From NCBI GenBank assembly GCA_963815115.1, contig CAWFFN010000005.1, positions 160,001 through 224,000 of the forward strand: a DNA stretch of 64,000 nucleotides, given 5' to 3'. Under the pieces are notes generated by a model. That model saw only the letters and a program-made list of their open reading frames with translations. It searched no databases and was not told the DNA's origin. The DNA is from an uncultured delta proteobacterium (lineage in GTDB: Bacteria > Desulfobacterota > Binatia > DP-6). Shown here one piece after another: positions 17,937 through 28,217 of this stretch. Positions within the stretch are counted from its first letter, which is position 1. Every line of letters starts with the position of its first letter. Position numbers and translations under genes: made by a program.

Positions 17937-19415
17937 ATGCCAGTGAATCCTGGAGCGACCCTGAGCGACGCGGAAGCGCGCCACCTCCTGCGGCGCGCGG
18001 GGCTGGGCCCCCTCCCCAAGGACTTCGAGCACATCCAGGGATTGACCCGCGGCGCCGCCGCCGACCAGATGCTCGACTTCCGGGCCAAGCCCTTCAAGCC
18101 CGGCGGGAAGGACTTCGACAAGTTCCACAACAAGTGGGTGAAGTTCATCCTGAAGATCAAGACGCCGCTCCACGCCAAGCTTGCGCTCTTCTGGCACGAC
18201 CACTTCTCGGTCGGAAACACCAAGGTCCAGGACACCAAGCTGATGGCGCAGTACGTCCAGGTGCTCCACACCTATGCGAAGGGCAACCTGAAGGACTTCG
18301 TCAAGGTGATGGGGAAGACCGCGGCCATGATGGAGTTCCTCGATACGGTGCGAAACGACCGGCACGAGCCCAACGAGAACTACGCGCGCGAGCTGCAGGA
18401 GCTGTTCACGCTCGGCGTGAAGGACCTGAACACGCCGCCGCAGAGCAACTACACGCAGGACGACGTCGTCCAGATCGCGCGCGCCTTCACCGGCTGGGAC
18501 TACGACAAGGGCTTGCACGCATTTCTCGACGACGGCCAGCACGACACGACCGCCCGCTTCCCGGGTCGCGGCCCGAAGGTGATCTACCAGTCGACCGGGG
18601 GCTTCGGCGCCGGCGGCGTGGACTACACGCAACCCCAGGGCGAGGGAGCCGGCGAGATCGACCGCGTCATCGACATCATCTTCCAGCATCGCGACTCGGC
18701 CGGGAAGAACACGGTGGCACGCCGGACCGCCTACCGGCTGTGCGAGTACCTCGCGCATGCGAACCCCGCGCTCACCACCTTCGTCGACGAGGTGGTGGCC
18801 GACTCGAGCTTCGACACCGCCTTCGACATCGGCGCGCTCGTGCGCTCGATCCTGACCCATGACGACTTCTATCTCACCGCCGCGGGCGAGCCCTACGGCA
18901 GCACGACCCAGAAGTCGGTCAAGTGGCCGATCGACTACGTCGCGAGCACCCTTCGCCTGCTCCAGATGAAGCCGAAGGGAAAGGACTTCCAGATCCTGGG
19001 CGGCAGCTTCAGCCGCCTCATCGACCACCTGAGCAACATGGGACAGGTGCTCGGCGACCCGCCGAGCGTCTTCGGCTGGGACTGGGAGCAGGGCTGGGTG
19101 AGCAGCGCGACCCTCCTCGCGCGCTACAACTTCGCGCGCGACATCGGCTCCGCCCGCGGCGGCGGCGGCGCGTTCCGGCCCGAGAAGCTGATGGACCTCG
19201 GCCTCACCGATCCGGGCGACATCGTCGACGCCGTCGCTTCGGTGCTCGGCGTGCAGGATCATCTGAAGGCCGCCGACCGGACCGCGCTCGTCGACTACCT
19301 CACCGACGACGGAGCGCATCCGACGCTCGACCTGAACGACTTCGACACCCGGGACGAGAAGCTGAACGGCCTCTTCATGCTGGTGATGCAGTCGCCGGCC
19401 TACCAGCTCCACTAG
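17937..19415 (+). CDS. DUF1800 family protein
   Basis: HLLRRAG, LFWHDHF, PNENYARELQELFTLG, ARAFTGW and PPSVFGW. Confidence 0.93.
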   Translation: MPVNPGATLSDAEARHLLRRAGLGPLPKDFEHIQGLTRGAAADQMLDFRAKPFKPGGKDFDKFHNKWVKFILKIKTPLHAKLALFWHDHFSVGNTKVQDTKLMAQYVQVLHTYAKGNLKDFVKVMGKTAAMMEFLDTVRNDRHEPNENYARELQELFTLGVKDLNTPPQSNYTQDDVVQIARAFTGWDYDKGLHAFLDDGQHDTTARFPGRGPKVIYQSTGGFGAGGVDYTQPQGEGAGEIDRVIDIIFQHRDSAGKNTVARRTAYRLCEYLAHANPALTTFVDEVVADSSFDTAFDIGALVRSILTHDDFYLTAAGEPYGSTTQKSVKWPIDYVASTLRLLQMKPKGKDFQILGGSFSRLIDHLSNMGQVLGDPPSVFGWDWEQGWVSSATLLARYNFARDIGSARGGGGAFRPEKLMDLGLTDPGDIVDAVASVLGVQDHLKAADRTALVDYLTDDGAHPTLDLNDFDTRDEKLNGLFMLVMQSPAYQLH

Positions 19416-19434
19416 AGCGCCGGGGGACACGCGC

Positions 19435-20886
19435 ATGGCAATCACGCGACGGCAGTTCATCAAGCGGACCGGGCTCGCGACGGCGGGAACGCTCCTCGGG
19501 CCCGGACTCTTCTCGAACCCGTTCGTTCGCCAGGCCATGGCGGACACGATCGGCCACCGCTACCTCGTCGTCGTCTTTCTCGACGGCGGGAACGACGGGC
19601 TGAACACCGTGACGCCTTACCAGAGCGGCGCGCTCCGGGTCGCCTACGACGCGAATCGCCGCACCGACGGCGGTGGCATCAACCTGACCCAGGGACAGCT
19701 CGACGGCAGCGCCATCGGCACCGGCGGCACGCTCATCGGCAACGACCCGGGAAGCGGCTTGCGGCTCGCCTTGCACCCCGGATTCGCCTCCCTGAAGCAG
19801 CTCTACGATCTCGGGAAGGTCGCCGTCGTCCAGGGCTGCGGCTATCCCGAGTACAACCTGTCGCACGATCAGGCGCGCACCATCTGGGAGACCGCCAATC
19901 CACTCAACCTCTCCGCCTACAGCGGCACGGGCTGGGTGGGCCGGCACCTGGCGGGCGAGTACGGCGGCAGCGCCATTCCCGGGGTGTGCATCTCGGACCA
20001 GGTCGCCCCCGAGTTCCGGCAGACGGCCACCAGCGTGCTGGCGGTGAACCGCCTGCGCGACTTCGGCTTCCCGTACGACGGCGACCACGGCGACGATCAG
20101 GACGCCAAGCGCGACACCTTCCAGAGCCTGTACGACAACGCGGTGGCCGACGCGCAGCCGCTGCGCAGCTACCTCGGCAGCAGCGGCACCGCGACGCTGC
20201 TCAGCAGCGAGAGCTATCCGCAGGCGCACGACCTCTACGAGACCGACCGGGGGGCGGCGAGCCAGACGTACGACGACGTCGGCAGGAGCACGGCGACGGA
20301 CCTGCGCGAGATCGCGAAGGTCATCTACGCCGTCGAGCAGGGCGTACCGAACATCGCCGCGCACTTCTTCCGGCTGAGCAACGGCGGCTACGACACGCAC
20401 TCCGATCAGGGCGGCTACGACCCGGAGAACGGCCAGCAGCACGGGCTCCACGCCGAGCTCGGCGACTCGCTCAAGGCGTTCTACGACGACCTCGCGACCA
20501 TGAGCCATCCGCTCGACCCGAGCCCGGTCGTGAACCGCGTCTGCGTCGTGGTGTGGAGCGAGTTCTCCCGCCGCATCCCGCAGAACGACAACGGCACCGA
20601 TCATGGGTCGCAGGGGCCCATGTTCGTGGTCGGCGGCTCCGTGGTCGGCGGCGTGTACGGCCGCCATCCCGACATCGCCAACCTCGACGACAACGAGAAC
20701 ACCGTCTACTCGCAGTCGGCGGGTCCGAGCCGCTCCACCGATTTCCGCGACGTCTTCGGCACCATCTTGAAGCACCACGTCAACATGACCCAGGCCAACA
20801 TCCTGGCCAACGTGCTGCCGATCGACGCCGGCAATCCGGCGAAGTACTGGACGGTGCCGAACTTCGACCTGGGCTTCCTGCCGTAG
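19435..20886 (+). CDS. DUF1501 family protein, Tat-exported
   Basis: TRRQFIK, GGNDGLN, LSH, GGYDTH and SEFSR..GTDHG motifs. Confidence 0.93.
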   Translation: MAITRRQFIKRTGLATAGTLLGPGLFSNPFVRQAMADTIGHRYLVVVFLDGGNDGLNTVTPYQSGALRVAYDANRRTDGGGINLTQGQLDGSAIGTGGTLIGNDPGSGLRLALHPGFASLKQLYDLGKVAVVQGCGYPEYNLSHDQARTIWETANPLNLSAYSGTGWVGRHLAGEYGGSAIPGVCISDQVAPEFRQTATSVLAVNRLRDFGFPYDGDHGDDQDAKRDTFQSLYDNAVADAQPLRSYLGSSGTATLLSSESYPQAHDLYETDRGAASQTYDDVGRSTATDLREIAKVIYAVEQGVPNIAAHFFRLSNGGYDTHSDQGGYDPENGQQHGLHAELGDSLKAFYDDLATMSHPLDPSPVVNRVCVVVWSEFSRRIPQNDNGTDHGSQGPMFVVGGSVVGGVYGRHPDIANLDDNENTVYSQSAGPSRSTDFRDVFGTILKHHVNMTQANILANVLPIDAGNPAKYWTVPNFDLGFLP

Positions 20887-20914
20887 GCGGGCGGTGCGCG
20901 GCGGCGGCCGCTGC

Positions 20915-22591
20915 ATGACGCTCGACGAGTACTACTTCGGCGACCCCCGGCTGGTCCTCGTTCCCATCGAGCATCTCGGCACGACGGGGATGAGCCGCGA
21001 GTTCGCGGCGCTCGTGGCCGCGCGCGCCGGCTGGTCGCCGGCGACCGTCGCCCTCTTCGACGCCGGCTTCGCGCGCTACTGGGAGCGCAGCGCCTCGCTG
21101 GCTCGTCGCACCGCCACCTGGCCGCCGCCGCGTCGCCGGCACGTCGCCGTCGTCGTCGGCCAGCCATACGACGTGCGCCCCTGGGTCCAGCTGCTCAACA
21201 CGAGCGCATGGCTGGTCTACGCGAGCGACATCGACCCGGGCTCCTCGGACGCCGAGTTCTTCGCCTTCCTCCTGGCCCACGGCGACTGGATGGCGCAGAC
21301 CGGCGAGGTCGCGTTCGCGGCGGTGCGCGGCGCGGCGTGGTGGCTCGAGCGCAGCGACGCCGAGTGCGCCGCCTTCGCCGCCGCGGCGGCGCAGAGCACG
21401 CGTCCCGATGCCGCGGCCTGGCGCGCGCTGGCCGACGCGCTGCCCTGGCTGCGCCGGCTCGGTCACGAGACGCTCCGGCCTCCGCAGATCGTGAGCCCCC
21501 GCCGAGCCATCCCCGGGACCGGCCTCCTGGTGCCCGGCGCGCTCGAGGCCGAGCCGCCGCGGCTCGCGGAGCGCTGGACGGCCGTCGCGCGCGACACGCT
21601 CGCCGGCTACCGGGCCGCCTGGCGAGGGAGCCAGCCGGCGGCGGTGCGTGATCTCTCGGGCTGGATCGCCGAGAGCGCGCCCCGGCTCCTGGTGACGGGT
21701 GCGGGCGGGGAGATCCTGTGGCATCCCGACGCGCCCGCGCACCTCGACGCGCTGCGCGCGGCGCTGGAGCCGGCCGACGGCGTCGCCGTCCGTGCGGTGC
21801 ACGCCGACCTCGAGGTCGTGGCGGGCCGCACCGAGGCCTTTCTCGGCGCGGTCGTGGACCTGGCCGCGCTGCCGGCGCCGCAGCCGAACACGTTCCAGAG
21901 CGGCTACACCTATCTCCACGCCACCCGGCGGCTGGTGGCGTACAATCTCCACGAACCCGGGATGGATCGGCTGCACGGTCCGCCCCTGCCGTACGCGCGC
22001 GAGATGGTGGCGGCACGCACGGCGCACGAGTGGGCCCACCTCGCCGACGCGGCCGGCTGGGTTCCGCGAACCGTGGCGGGTGACGAGTACGCCGGCCTCC
22101 GTTCGGCGCTCGCCGGCGCGCTCGACGCGGCGATCGCCGCCGCACCGGCGGCCATCCGGCGCGTCACGGAAGACGACCTGGCGGCGCTCGCCGTCGAGGG
22201 CTGCGCCGGCACCGGGCTCGCCCGCCTCACCCTGACCCGCATGCCGGACTACCGCGCCAACCTGGTCGCGCGCGACTTCCTCGGCGATGCCGAGCGCGAG
22301 ACCTACGTGCGTCACAACGTCCGCTCGCTGCGCGCCGAGTACCCGCCACCGTTGCTGTGGCGCATGCTCGTCCGCCATCTCTTCGAGTACCAGTACCTCG
22401 GCAGCGCGCTCGGCATGACCGGCGTGGCGGATGCGCGCGCGTACTTCCTGCACAGCACGTTCTTCGCCGACGACTTCCTGGCCACCGGCGTCCTCGACGG
22501 GGATCGCTTCGACGTGCTGGCGGCGGCGGTCGCCCGCCTGTGTGCGTGTCACGCGGTCGATCGCGCGCGACTTCGCCTGCCGGCGTCCTGA
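20915..22591 (+). CDS. Hypothetical protein with HExxH motif
   Basis: 558-aa ORF with GC-rich third codon positions; contains AHEWAH. Confidence 0.7.
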   Translation: MTLDEYYFGDPRLVLVPIEHLGTTGMSREFAALVAARAGWSPATVALFDAGFARYWERSASLARRTATWPPPRRRHVAVVVGQPYDVRPWVQLLNTSAWLVYASDIDPGSSDAEFFAFLLAHGDWMAQTGEVAFAAVRGAAWWLERSDAECAAFAAAAAQSTRPDAAAWRALADALPWLRRLGHETLRPPQIVSPRRAIPGTGLLVPGALEAEPPRLAERWTAVARDTLAGYRAAWRGSQPAAVRDLSGWIAESAPRLLVTGAGGEILWHPDAPAHLDALRAALEPADGVAVRAVHADLEVVAGRTEAFLGAVVDLAALPAPQPNTFQSGYTYLHATRRLVAYNLHEPGMDRLHGPPLPYAREMVAARTAHEWAHLADAAGWVPRTVAGDEYAGLRSALAGALDAAIAAAPAAIRRVTEDDLAALAVEGCAGTGLARLTLTRMPDYRANLVARDFLGDAERETYVRHNVRSLRAEYPPPLLWRMLVRHLFEYQYLGSALGMTGVADARAYFLHSTFFADDFLATGVLDGDRFDVLAAAVARLCACHAVDRARLRLPAS

Positions 22592-22645
22592 TCGCGTGCC
22601 GGCGCCCCCCATGACAGCCGTGCGGCGGACGGCTAGGATGCTCGC

Positions 22646-24211
22646 GTGCGCCTGGCCGCCATCGACCTCGGCACCAACTCGGTGCACATGGTCGTCGCCA
22701 ACGTCACCCCGGACGGTCGCATCGAGGTCATCGACCGGGTGAAGGAGATGGTGCGGCTCGGCAAGCGGACCTTCACCACGGGGAAGCTGTCGCCCGAGAC
22801 CATGGAGCTGGCGTCACGCGCGCTCACGAACTTCGGGAGGCTCGCACGCGTCCGGCGCGTCGAGCGGCTGCGCGTCGTGGCCACCAGCGCCGTGCGCGAG
22901 GCGCGCAACGGCGAGCGCTTCGTCCAGCGCCTGCGCCGGGAGACCGGGCTCCCCGTCCAGATCATCTCGGGTGCCGACGAGGCCCGGCTCATCTTCCGCG
23001 CCGCGCGCCACGCCCTCGGCCTCGAGGGGGGTCCGCACCTCCTGGTCGACGTCGGCGGCGGCAGCGTCGAGCTGTCGCTGGCGCAGGACGGCCGCCCGCT
23101 CTGGATGCGCAGCCTGCCGCTCGGGGTGGCCCGGCTGACGCAGCAGTTCCTCCTGAAGGACCCGCCCTCGACCGGACAGGTCCGCGCCCTCGAGAATCAC
23201 CTCCATCACGAGCTCGACGACCTGCTGACGCGCGTGCGCCGCGCCGGGGCGGTGCAGGCGATCGGCACGTCGGGCACCATCCACACGCTGGTCGCGATGG
23301 CGCTCGCCGCGCGCGGCGAGGACGCGCCGCGGCTGCACGGCGCGAGCGCCACGAGCGAGCAGATCGCGCGGCTCCGCCAGCGCGTGCTGGCGCTCGACGC
23401 CGAGGAGCGGGCGGAGATGCCCGGGATGGACGCGAAGCGCGCCGACCTGATGCCCGCGGCGGTCGTCCTCCTCGACACCATCCTCTCGCGCGCCGGCGGG
23501 CTCGACCTGGTGGCCTGCTCCTGGGCGTTGCGCGAGGGGGTGCTCCTCGACCTGGCGCGCGTGCCGAGCGCGCAGGGGCCCGCCTCGATCGCCGGCCGGC
23601 GGCGGAGCGTGCAGGCGCTCGCCACGCGCTATGCCGGCACGAATGCTCACGGCAGGCAGGTGGCGTCGCTCGCGCTCCAGCTCTTCGATGCGCTCGCGCC
23701 GGACCTGGGTCTGCCACCGAGCGCGCGCGAGCTCCTCGAGCATGCCGCGCTCCTGCACGATATCGGGCACGCGATCGAGCACGACCGCCATCAGCGCCAC
23801 ACCTACTACCTCATCCGCGGCAGCGAGCTGCTCGGCTTCTCACCCGTGGAGCTCGAGGTGATCGCGCAGGCGGCGCGTGGCCATCGCAAGCAGGCGCCCC
23901 GGATCTCCGCCGTCGACGTCCAGGCCCTGCCGCCGGCCAGACGGCGGCTGGTGCGCGGGCTGGCCGCCCTGCTCCGGGTGGCCGACGCTCTCGACCGGAC
24001 ACACTTCGGTGTGATTAAGGAGTTGCGGATTTCCCGGCAACGAGGCCGTCTGATGATCACGGTCGACAGCGGGGGAGAGAGCGCGGAGCTAGAGCTGTGG
24101 GCAGCGGAACGTCGGGTCGACCTGCTTTCGCGACTCCTGGATCGGCAGGTCGTGGTGCGGGCGCGCAAGGCGGCGCGCCGGCTGCCGGAGCGCGCGCGCG
24201 CGGCGCGCTGA
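22646..24211 (+). CDS. ppx: Exopolyphosphatase / Ppx-GppA phosphatase
   Basis: IDLGTNS, ATSAVREA, DVGGGS, LREG and LLHDIG (HD domain). Confidence 0.95.
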   Translation: MRLAAIDLGTNSVHMVVANVTPDGRIEVIDRVKEMVRLGKRTFTTGKLSPETMELASRALTNFGRLARVRRVERLRVVATSAVREARNGERFVQRLRRETGLPVQIISGADEARLIFRAARHALGLEGGPHLLVDVGGGSVELSLAQDGRPLWMRSLPLGVARLTQQFLLKDPPSTGQVRALENHLHHELDDLLTRVRRAGAVQAIGTSGTIHTLVAMALAARGEDAPRLHGASATSEQIARLRQRVLALDAEERAEMPGMDAKRADLMPAAVVLLDTILSRAGGLDLVACSWALREGVLLDLARVPSAQGPASIAGRRRSVQALATRYAGTNAHGRQVASLALQLFDALAPDLGLPPSARELLEHAALLHDIGHAIEHDRHQRHTYYLIRGSELLGFSPVELEVIAQAARGHRKQAPRISAVDVQALPPARRRLVRGLAALLRVADALDRTHFGVIKELRISRQRGRLMITVDSGGESAELELWAAERRVDLLSRLLDRQVVVRARKAARRLPERARAAR

Positions 24212-24242
24212 CGTTTGCCCCGCCGGCGCGGTCTCGAGCCTG

Positions 24243-25214
24243 ATGGCGGACGGCGCGCGAGCCGAGCCACGCCGCCTGGCGCTGGCTCCGGGCGATGACA
24301 CCCGTCTCGCGGCTCGTCGTGTGCTCGCGTTTCACCTCGGCACCTTCGAGAGCGAGCGGCCCGCGGCTCGAGCCGGCGACGTCGAGGCGGTGCACCAGCT
24401 GCGGGTCGCGACGCGCCGGTTGCGTGCCACCTTGCAGCTCTTCGCGCCGGTGCTGCCGGCCGCGGCGGTCGGCTCGGCCGCCGAACGCCTGCGCCTGATC
24501 GGACGGGCGATCGGCGCCGTGCGCGACCTCGACGTGCTGGCGATGGCGATCAGCACGCGGGGCCGCCACCTCCCCGACGAGTCGCGCGCCGCGCTCGGTC
24601 CGCTCGAGCACGCCATCGTCGAGCGGCGCGCCGTGGCCCTCGCCGAGCTCGGCCGCGTTCTCGACGCGGCGCAATCGCGGCGCCTCCTGGTCCGCTTGAA
24701 CCGCCTCGCCGCCTCGCCGCCCGGCGCGCGCACGGCGGTGCGGCTCGGCGACGCGGCCGGCAATCTCCTCCGTCCCTTGCTGCGCGCGGTGCAGCGCGCG
24801 GGACGCGACCTCGACGAGGCGACGCCCGCCGTGGCGCTCCACCGCGTCCGGGTGCGCGTGAAGCGCCTGCGCTACGCCTGCGAGACGCTCGAGAGCCTGG
24901 TCGGGGACGAGCTCCGCGTCGTCATCCGCCGCCTGGTCCGGCTGCAGGACGCGCTCGGAGAGCACCAGGACGCCGTCATGCAGGCGAGCTGGCTGCGCGC
25001 CTACGCCGGCCCCGCCCAGCTCCCGCCGGCCACCCTGCTCGCGATGGGGGCGATCGTGGACGCGCTCGAGCGCCGCGCCGGCAAGCTGCGCCGACGCGCC
25101 GCGCGCGCGTGGCAGCGCTTCGACAAGCGCCGCGTGCGCCGCGTCCTGGCGGAGGCGCTGCGACGGTTCGGGCCGCCGCCGACGCGCGGCACCCGCGGGA
25201 GGGCACGAGCATGA
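24243..25214 (+). CDS. CHAD domain protein
   Basis: HQLRVATRRLR, RDLDV, HRVRVRVKRLRY and LQDALGEHQD. Confidence 0.92.
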   Translation: MADGARAEPRRLALAPGDDTRLAARRVLAFHLGTFESERPAARAGDVEAVHQLRVATRRLRATLQLFAPVLPAAAVGSAAERLRLIGRAIGAVRDLDVLAMAISTRGRHLPDESRAALGPLEHAIVERRAVALAELGRVLDAAQSRRLLVRLNRLAASPPGARTAVRLGDAAGNLLRPLLRAVQRAGRDLDEATPAVALHRVRVRVKRLRYACETLESLVGDELRVVIRRLVRLQDALGEHQDAVMQASWLRAYAGPAQLPPATLLAMGAIVDALERRAGKLRRRAARAWQRFDKRRVRRVLAEALRRFGPPPTRGTRGRARA

Positions 25215-25708
25215 TCCTCTACGTCGTGCGGCACGCCATCGCCGAGGATGCCCCGGCGGGCGGTGACGACGGCGCGCGCCGCCTCACGGCCGCCGGGCGC
25301 CGGAAGATGAAGGGCGCCGCGGCGGGACTCCGCGAGCTCGGCGTCGCGCCGTCGGTCGTGGCGTCGAGCCCGCTCGTGCGCGCGCTCGAGACGGCGCGCA
25401 TCGTGGTCGCGGCGCTTCATCGCGCGCCCGCGCCCCACGAGCTGCCCGCGCTCGCACCCGATGTCGCACCCGCCGACACGCTGAAGGCGTTGCGCGTCTT
25501 CGCCCGCAACCAGCACGTGATGATCGTGGGCCACGAGCCGAACCTGAGCCGCACGATCGCGCTCCTGCTGACCGGCGCCGTCGACGGGGCCGCGATCGAG
25601 CTCAAGAAGGGGGCGTGCGCGGCGCTGGAGCTGACGGCGTTCGCGCCGCGGGGCGCGACCCTGCGCTGGCTCCTGCAGCCGCGGGCGCTGCGGCGGATCG
25701 GTCGCTGA
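25211..25708 (+). CDS. sixA: Phosphohistidine phosphatase SixA
   Basis: RHAIA, SSPLVRA.ETA and VGHEP motifs; ATGA overlap with the CHAD gene. Confidence 0.92.
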   Translation: MILYVVRHAIAEDAPAGGDDGARRLTAAGRRKMKGAAAGLRELGVAPSVVASSPLVRALETARIVVAALHRAPAPHELPALAPDVAPADTLKALRVFARNQHVMIVGHEPNLSRTIALLLTGAVDGAAIELKKGACAALELTAFAPRGATLRWLLQPRALRRIGR

Positions 25709-25764
25709 CGGTCGCGCACGTCGTCGGCGTGTCGCGGCGGCGTTGCCCTCGGTCACACGCCTTC

Positions 25765-26214
25765 TCACCCTTGCGGCGTCACGGCTTGCGGGCTCAGGTG
25801 CTCCGTCAGGGCCGCGATGGTCACCGCGCCGCCCTCCCGTGCCCGGTCCATCACCTGGACCACGAAGCCATAAGGCGCGTGGTCGTCGGCATCGAAGAAG
25901 AGCACGTGATCGCTGCGCGCGGCGAAGACCCGCCGCAGCCGCTCCGGGAGCTCCTCGGAGGTGACGGGGCTGCCGTTGATCTCGAGTGCACGATCGGGGC
26001 CGATCCGGAGGACGAGCGGCTGGCTCGGATCGGATGCCGGGACGGCCACCTGCTCCTGCTCCTGGAGCGGCGTGTGGATCCAGAAGGTCTTGCTGAGGAG
26101 CGGCGTGATCACCATGAAGATGATCAGCAGGACGAGCACCACGTCGACCAGCGGCGTGACGTTCATCTGGGGAACGACGGCGGCATCATCCCGCTCGCTC
26201 GCGGTCATCGCCAT
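25765..26214 (-). CDS. exbD: ExbD/TolR family protein
   Basis: MNVTPLVDVVLVLLIIFMV transmembrane motif. Confidence 0.92.
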   Translation of the reverse strand: MAMTASERDDAAVVPQMNVTPLVDVVLVLLIIFMVITPLLSKTFWIHTPLQEQEQVAVPASDPSQPLVLRIGPDRALEINGSPVTSEELPERLRRVFAARSDHVLFFDADDHAPYGFVVQVMDRAREGGAVTIAALTEHLSPQAVTPQG

Positions 26215-26218
26215 GCCC

Positions 26219-26680
26219 CTACCCCGCGGTGTCGTTCGGGTGGGCGGGCTCGTCGTGGCGATGCTTCTCGCCGACCATGAGCGCCATGCCGGGGAAGCCC
26301 ACCTTCTGGGCGCGGGCGAAGAGCTCCCGCACGTCGCCATACGGCAGGTCCTGGTCGGCCCGGAGGATCAACCGCCGGAGCGGATCGGCGGCGTGCGCGG
26401 CACCGAGGCGCTCGATGGCCCCGTCGAGATCGTAGCGCTGGTCGTCGATGAAGAACTCGCCGCTACGCGCCACGGTGACCTTGAGGGCGTCCGCCATGGC
26501 GTCGACGTCGGGATCGGGATTGAAGATCCCCGGCAGGTTGACCTGCACGTCCTGCTCGAGCCGGGGCGCCACCACCATGAAGATGATCAGCAGCACGAGC
26601 ACGACGTCGACCAGCGGGGTGACGTTGATGTCGGGCCGGACGCTGTTCTCCGACGTCTCCGGGCGCCGACGGCTCGTCAC
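26219..26680 (-). CDS. exbD: ExbD/TolR family protein
   Basis: INVTPLVDVVLVLLIIFMV and LRAD..YG.V; GTG start overlaps the exbB stop. Confidence 0.92.
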   Translation of the reverse strand: MTSRRRPETSENSVRPDINVTPLVDVVLVLLIIFMVVAPRLEQDVQVNLPGIFNPDPDVDAMADALKVTVARSGEFFIDDQRYDLDGAIERLGAAHAADPLRRLILRADQDLPYGDVRELFARAQKVGFPGMALMVGEKHRHDEPAHPNDTAG

Positions 26681-27363
26681 GATCCACCACCCGGGGCGCC
26701 GTGTCCCCACCCCTCGATGCGATCCGCCAGCTCGCCCGCCGCGTCCGTGAGCGCCAGCTGATCCTGCGAGATGCGCGTCGCGAGGTAGTGGAAGGCGAGG
26801 ACGGAGGGGATGGCGACGGCCAGCCCCAGGGCCGTCACGATGAGCGCTTCGGCGATGCCTGCCGAGACCGACGACAGGCCGCCCGAGCCGGTCGCGGCGA
26901 TGCCCTGAAACGCGGCGATGATGCCGAGGACGGTGCCGAGCAGACCGACGAAGGGCGCCACGGAACCCACCGCGGCGAGGACGGGGAGTCCGCGTTTCAT
27001 CTCGGCGACGAGGAGGTCGACGCGCCGGTCGAGACGCCGGCGCGTGCGCTCGACGGGCGTGAGCCCCTGGTTGTCGATGTCGGCCAGCGCCGCCTGGTAG
27101 GTCGAGAGGCCGGTTTCCACGAGCCGCGCGAGATACCCGGCCCGGTGGGCATTGGCCTCGGAGATCACCTCCGCCAGCGCGGAGGGGACGATCCCCTCAC
27201 CCACGTGGGCCGCAAAGCGGCGCGAGACCTTCCTCGCACGACGCAGCGTCAGCAGACGCTCGACGAAGACCGTCAGCGACGCGACGCCCATGAGAAGCAA
27301 CAGCCCTGTCACGATGAGCGCCGGGGCGCCCATGTGCTGCCAGATCTCGTTCCAGTTGAACAC
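26677..27363 (-). CDS. exbB: MotA/TolQ/ExbB proton channel protein
   Basis: APFVGLLGTVLGI and GIAEALIVTALGLAVAIP. Confidence 0.94.
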   Translation of the reverse strand: MFNWNEIWQHMGAPALIVTGLLLLMGVASLTVFVERLLTLRRARKVSRRFAAHVGEGIVPSALAEVISEANAHRAGYLARLVETGLSTYQAALADIDNQGLTPVERTRRRLDRRVDLLVAEMKRGLPVLAAVGSVAPFVGLLGTVLGIIAAFQGIAATGSGGLSSVSAGIAEALIVTALGLAVAIPSVLAFHYLATRISQDQLALTDAAGELADRIEGWGHGAPGGGS

Positions 27364-27384
27364 GCGGTCGATGTCCTCTCCTGC

Positions 27385-28191
27385 TCACGTGAGCTTGAAG
27401 GTGACCTGGAAGGTCTTGTACACGCTGATCGCCTGGCCCTTGAATCGCGCCGGCTCGTATCTCCAGGTCTTCACGGTATTGACGGCGGCGCTGGCGAACG
27501 GCTCGTCTCCGCGCACCACGCGCACCTTGTCGACGCTGCCGTCGGCCAGGACCACGATCTCCAGCACCACCACGCCGGTCCGTCCGTCCGCCCGCGCCTG
27601 CTGCGGATAGGGCGGGATGGCGTTGCTGCTCTTCGGCCGCGGCGGGATGGCGTCGTCCGGAAGCTCGATGGCGCCCCCGGCCACGCCGCCGACCACCCCG
27701 CCCTGCGTCGTGCCGCCCTCGAGGCCGGTGGGATCCTGCTTGCCCTCGTCGCCCAGCGCCGCCACCCCCTTGTCCTGGCTGGGATCGGCCTCGGGCGGCG
27801 GTTCCTTCGGCATCCGGCGCGGCGCGACCATCGGCTTGGGCGGCGGCGGCTTCTCCAGCCGCCGCACGGTCAGATGCGGAGGGACCACCGGGGCGGCAGC
27901 CGCCGCGGGAGGTTGCGGCTTCGCCTCCGGCTTCGGCGGAGGCGGCGGGGGCGGCGGCGGCTCGGGCTGCGCGATCTTCTCGACGAACGTGACGTCCACC
28001 ACCTTCTGGGCCAGCCGGACCACGGGCGCGCCGCCGAAGAGGACGATGGCCGCGACGGCCGAGCCGTAGACGGCCGACGAGACCAGCAGCGAGACGAGCC
28101 ACCGGCGCGAGCGCCGGCGCCGCTCGGGCGCGAATGCACCGAACGGCGACGACGCCCAGATCTCCTCGACACGATGCGCAGGAACCGCCAT
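27385..28191 (-). CDS. tonB: Energy transducer TonB
   Basis: N-terminal TM, Pro-rich linker, and C-terminal YPQQA..G.V...W.YEPA domain. Confidence 0.92.
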   Translation of the reverse strand: MAVPAHRVEEIWASSPFGAFAPERRRRSRRWLVSLLVSSAVYGSAVAAIVLFGGAPVVRLAQKVVDVTFVEKIAQPEPPPPPPPPPKPEAKPQPPAAAAAPVVPPHLTVRRLEKPPPPKPMVAPRRMPKEPPPEADPSQDKGVAALGDEGKQDPTGLEGGTTQGGVVGGVAGGAIELPDDAIPPRPKSSNAIPPYPQQARADGRTGVVVLEIVVLADGSVDKVRVVRGDEPFASAAVNTVKTWRYEPARFKGQAISVYKTFQVTFKLT

Positions 28192-28217
28192 GGCGCAGTC
28201 TCGACTCACACTGTCCT

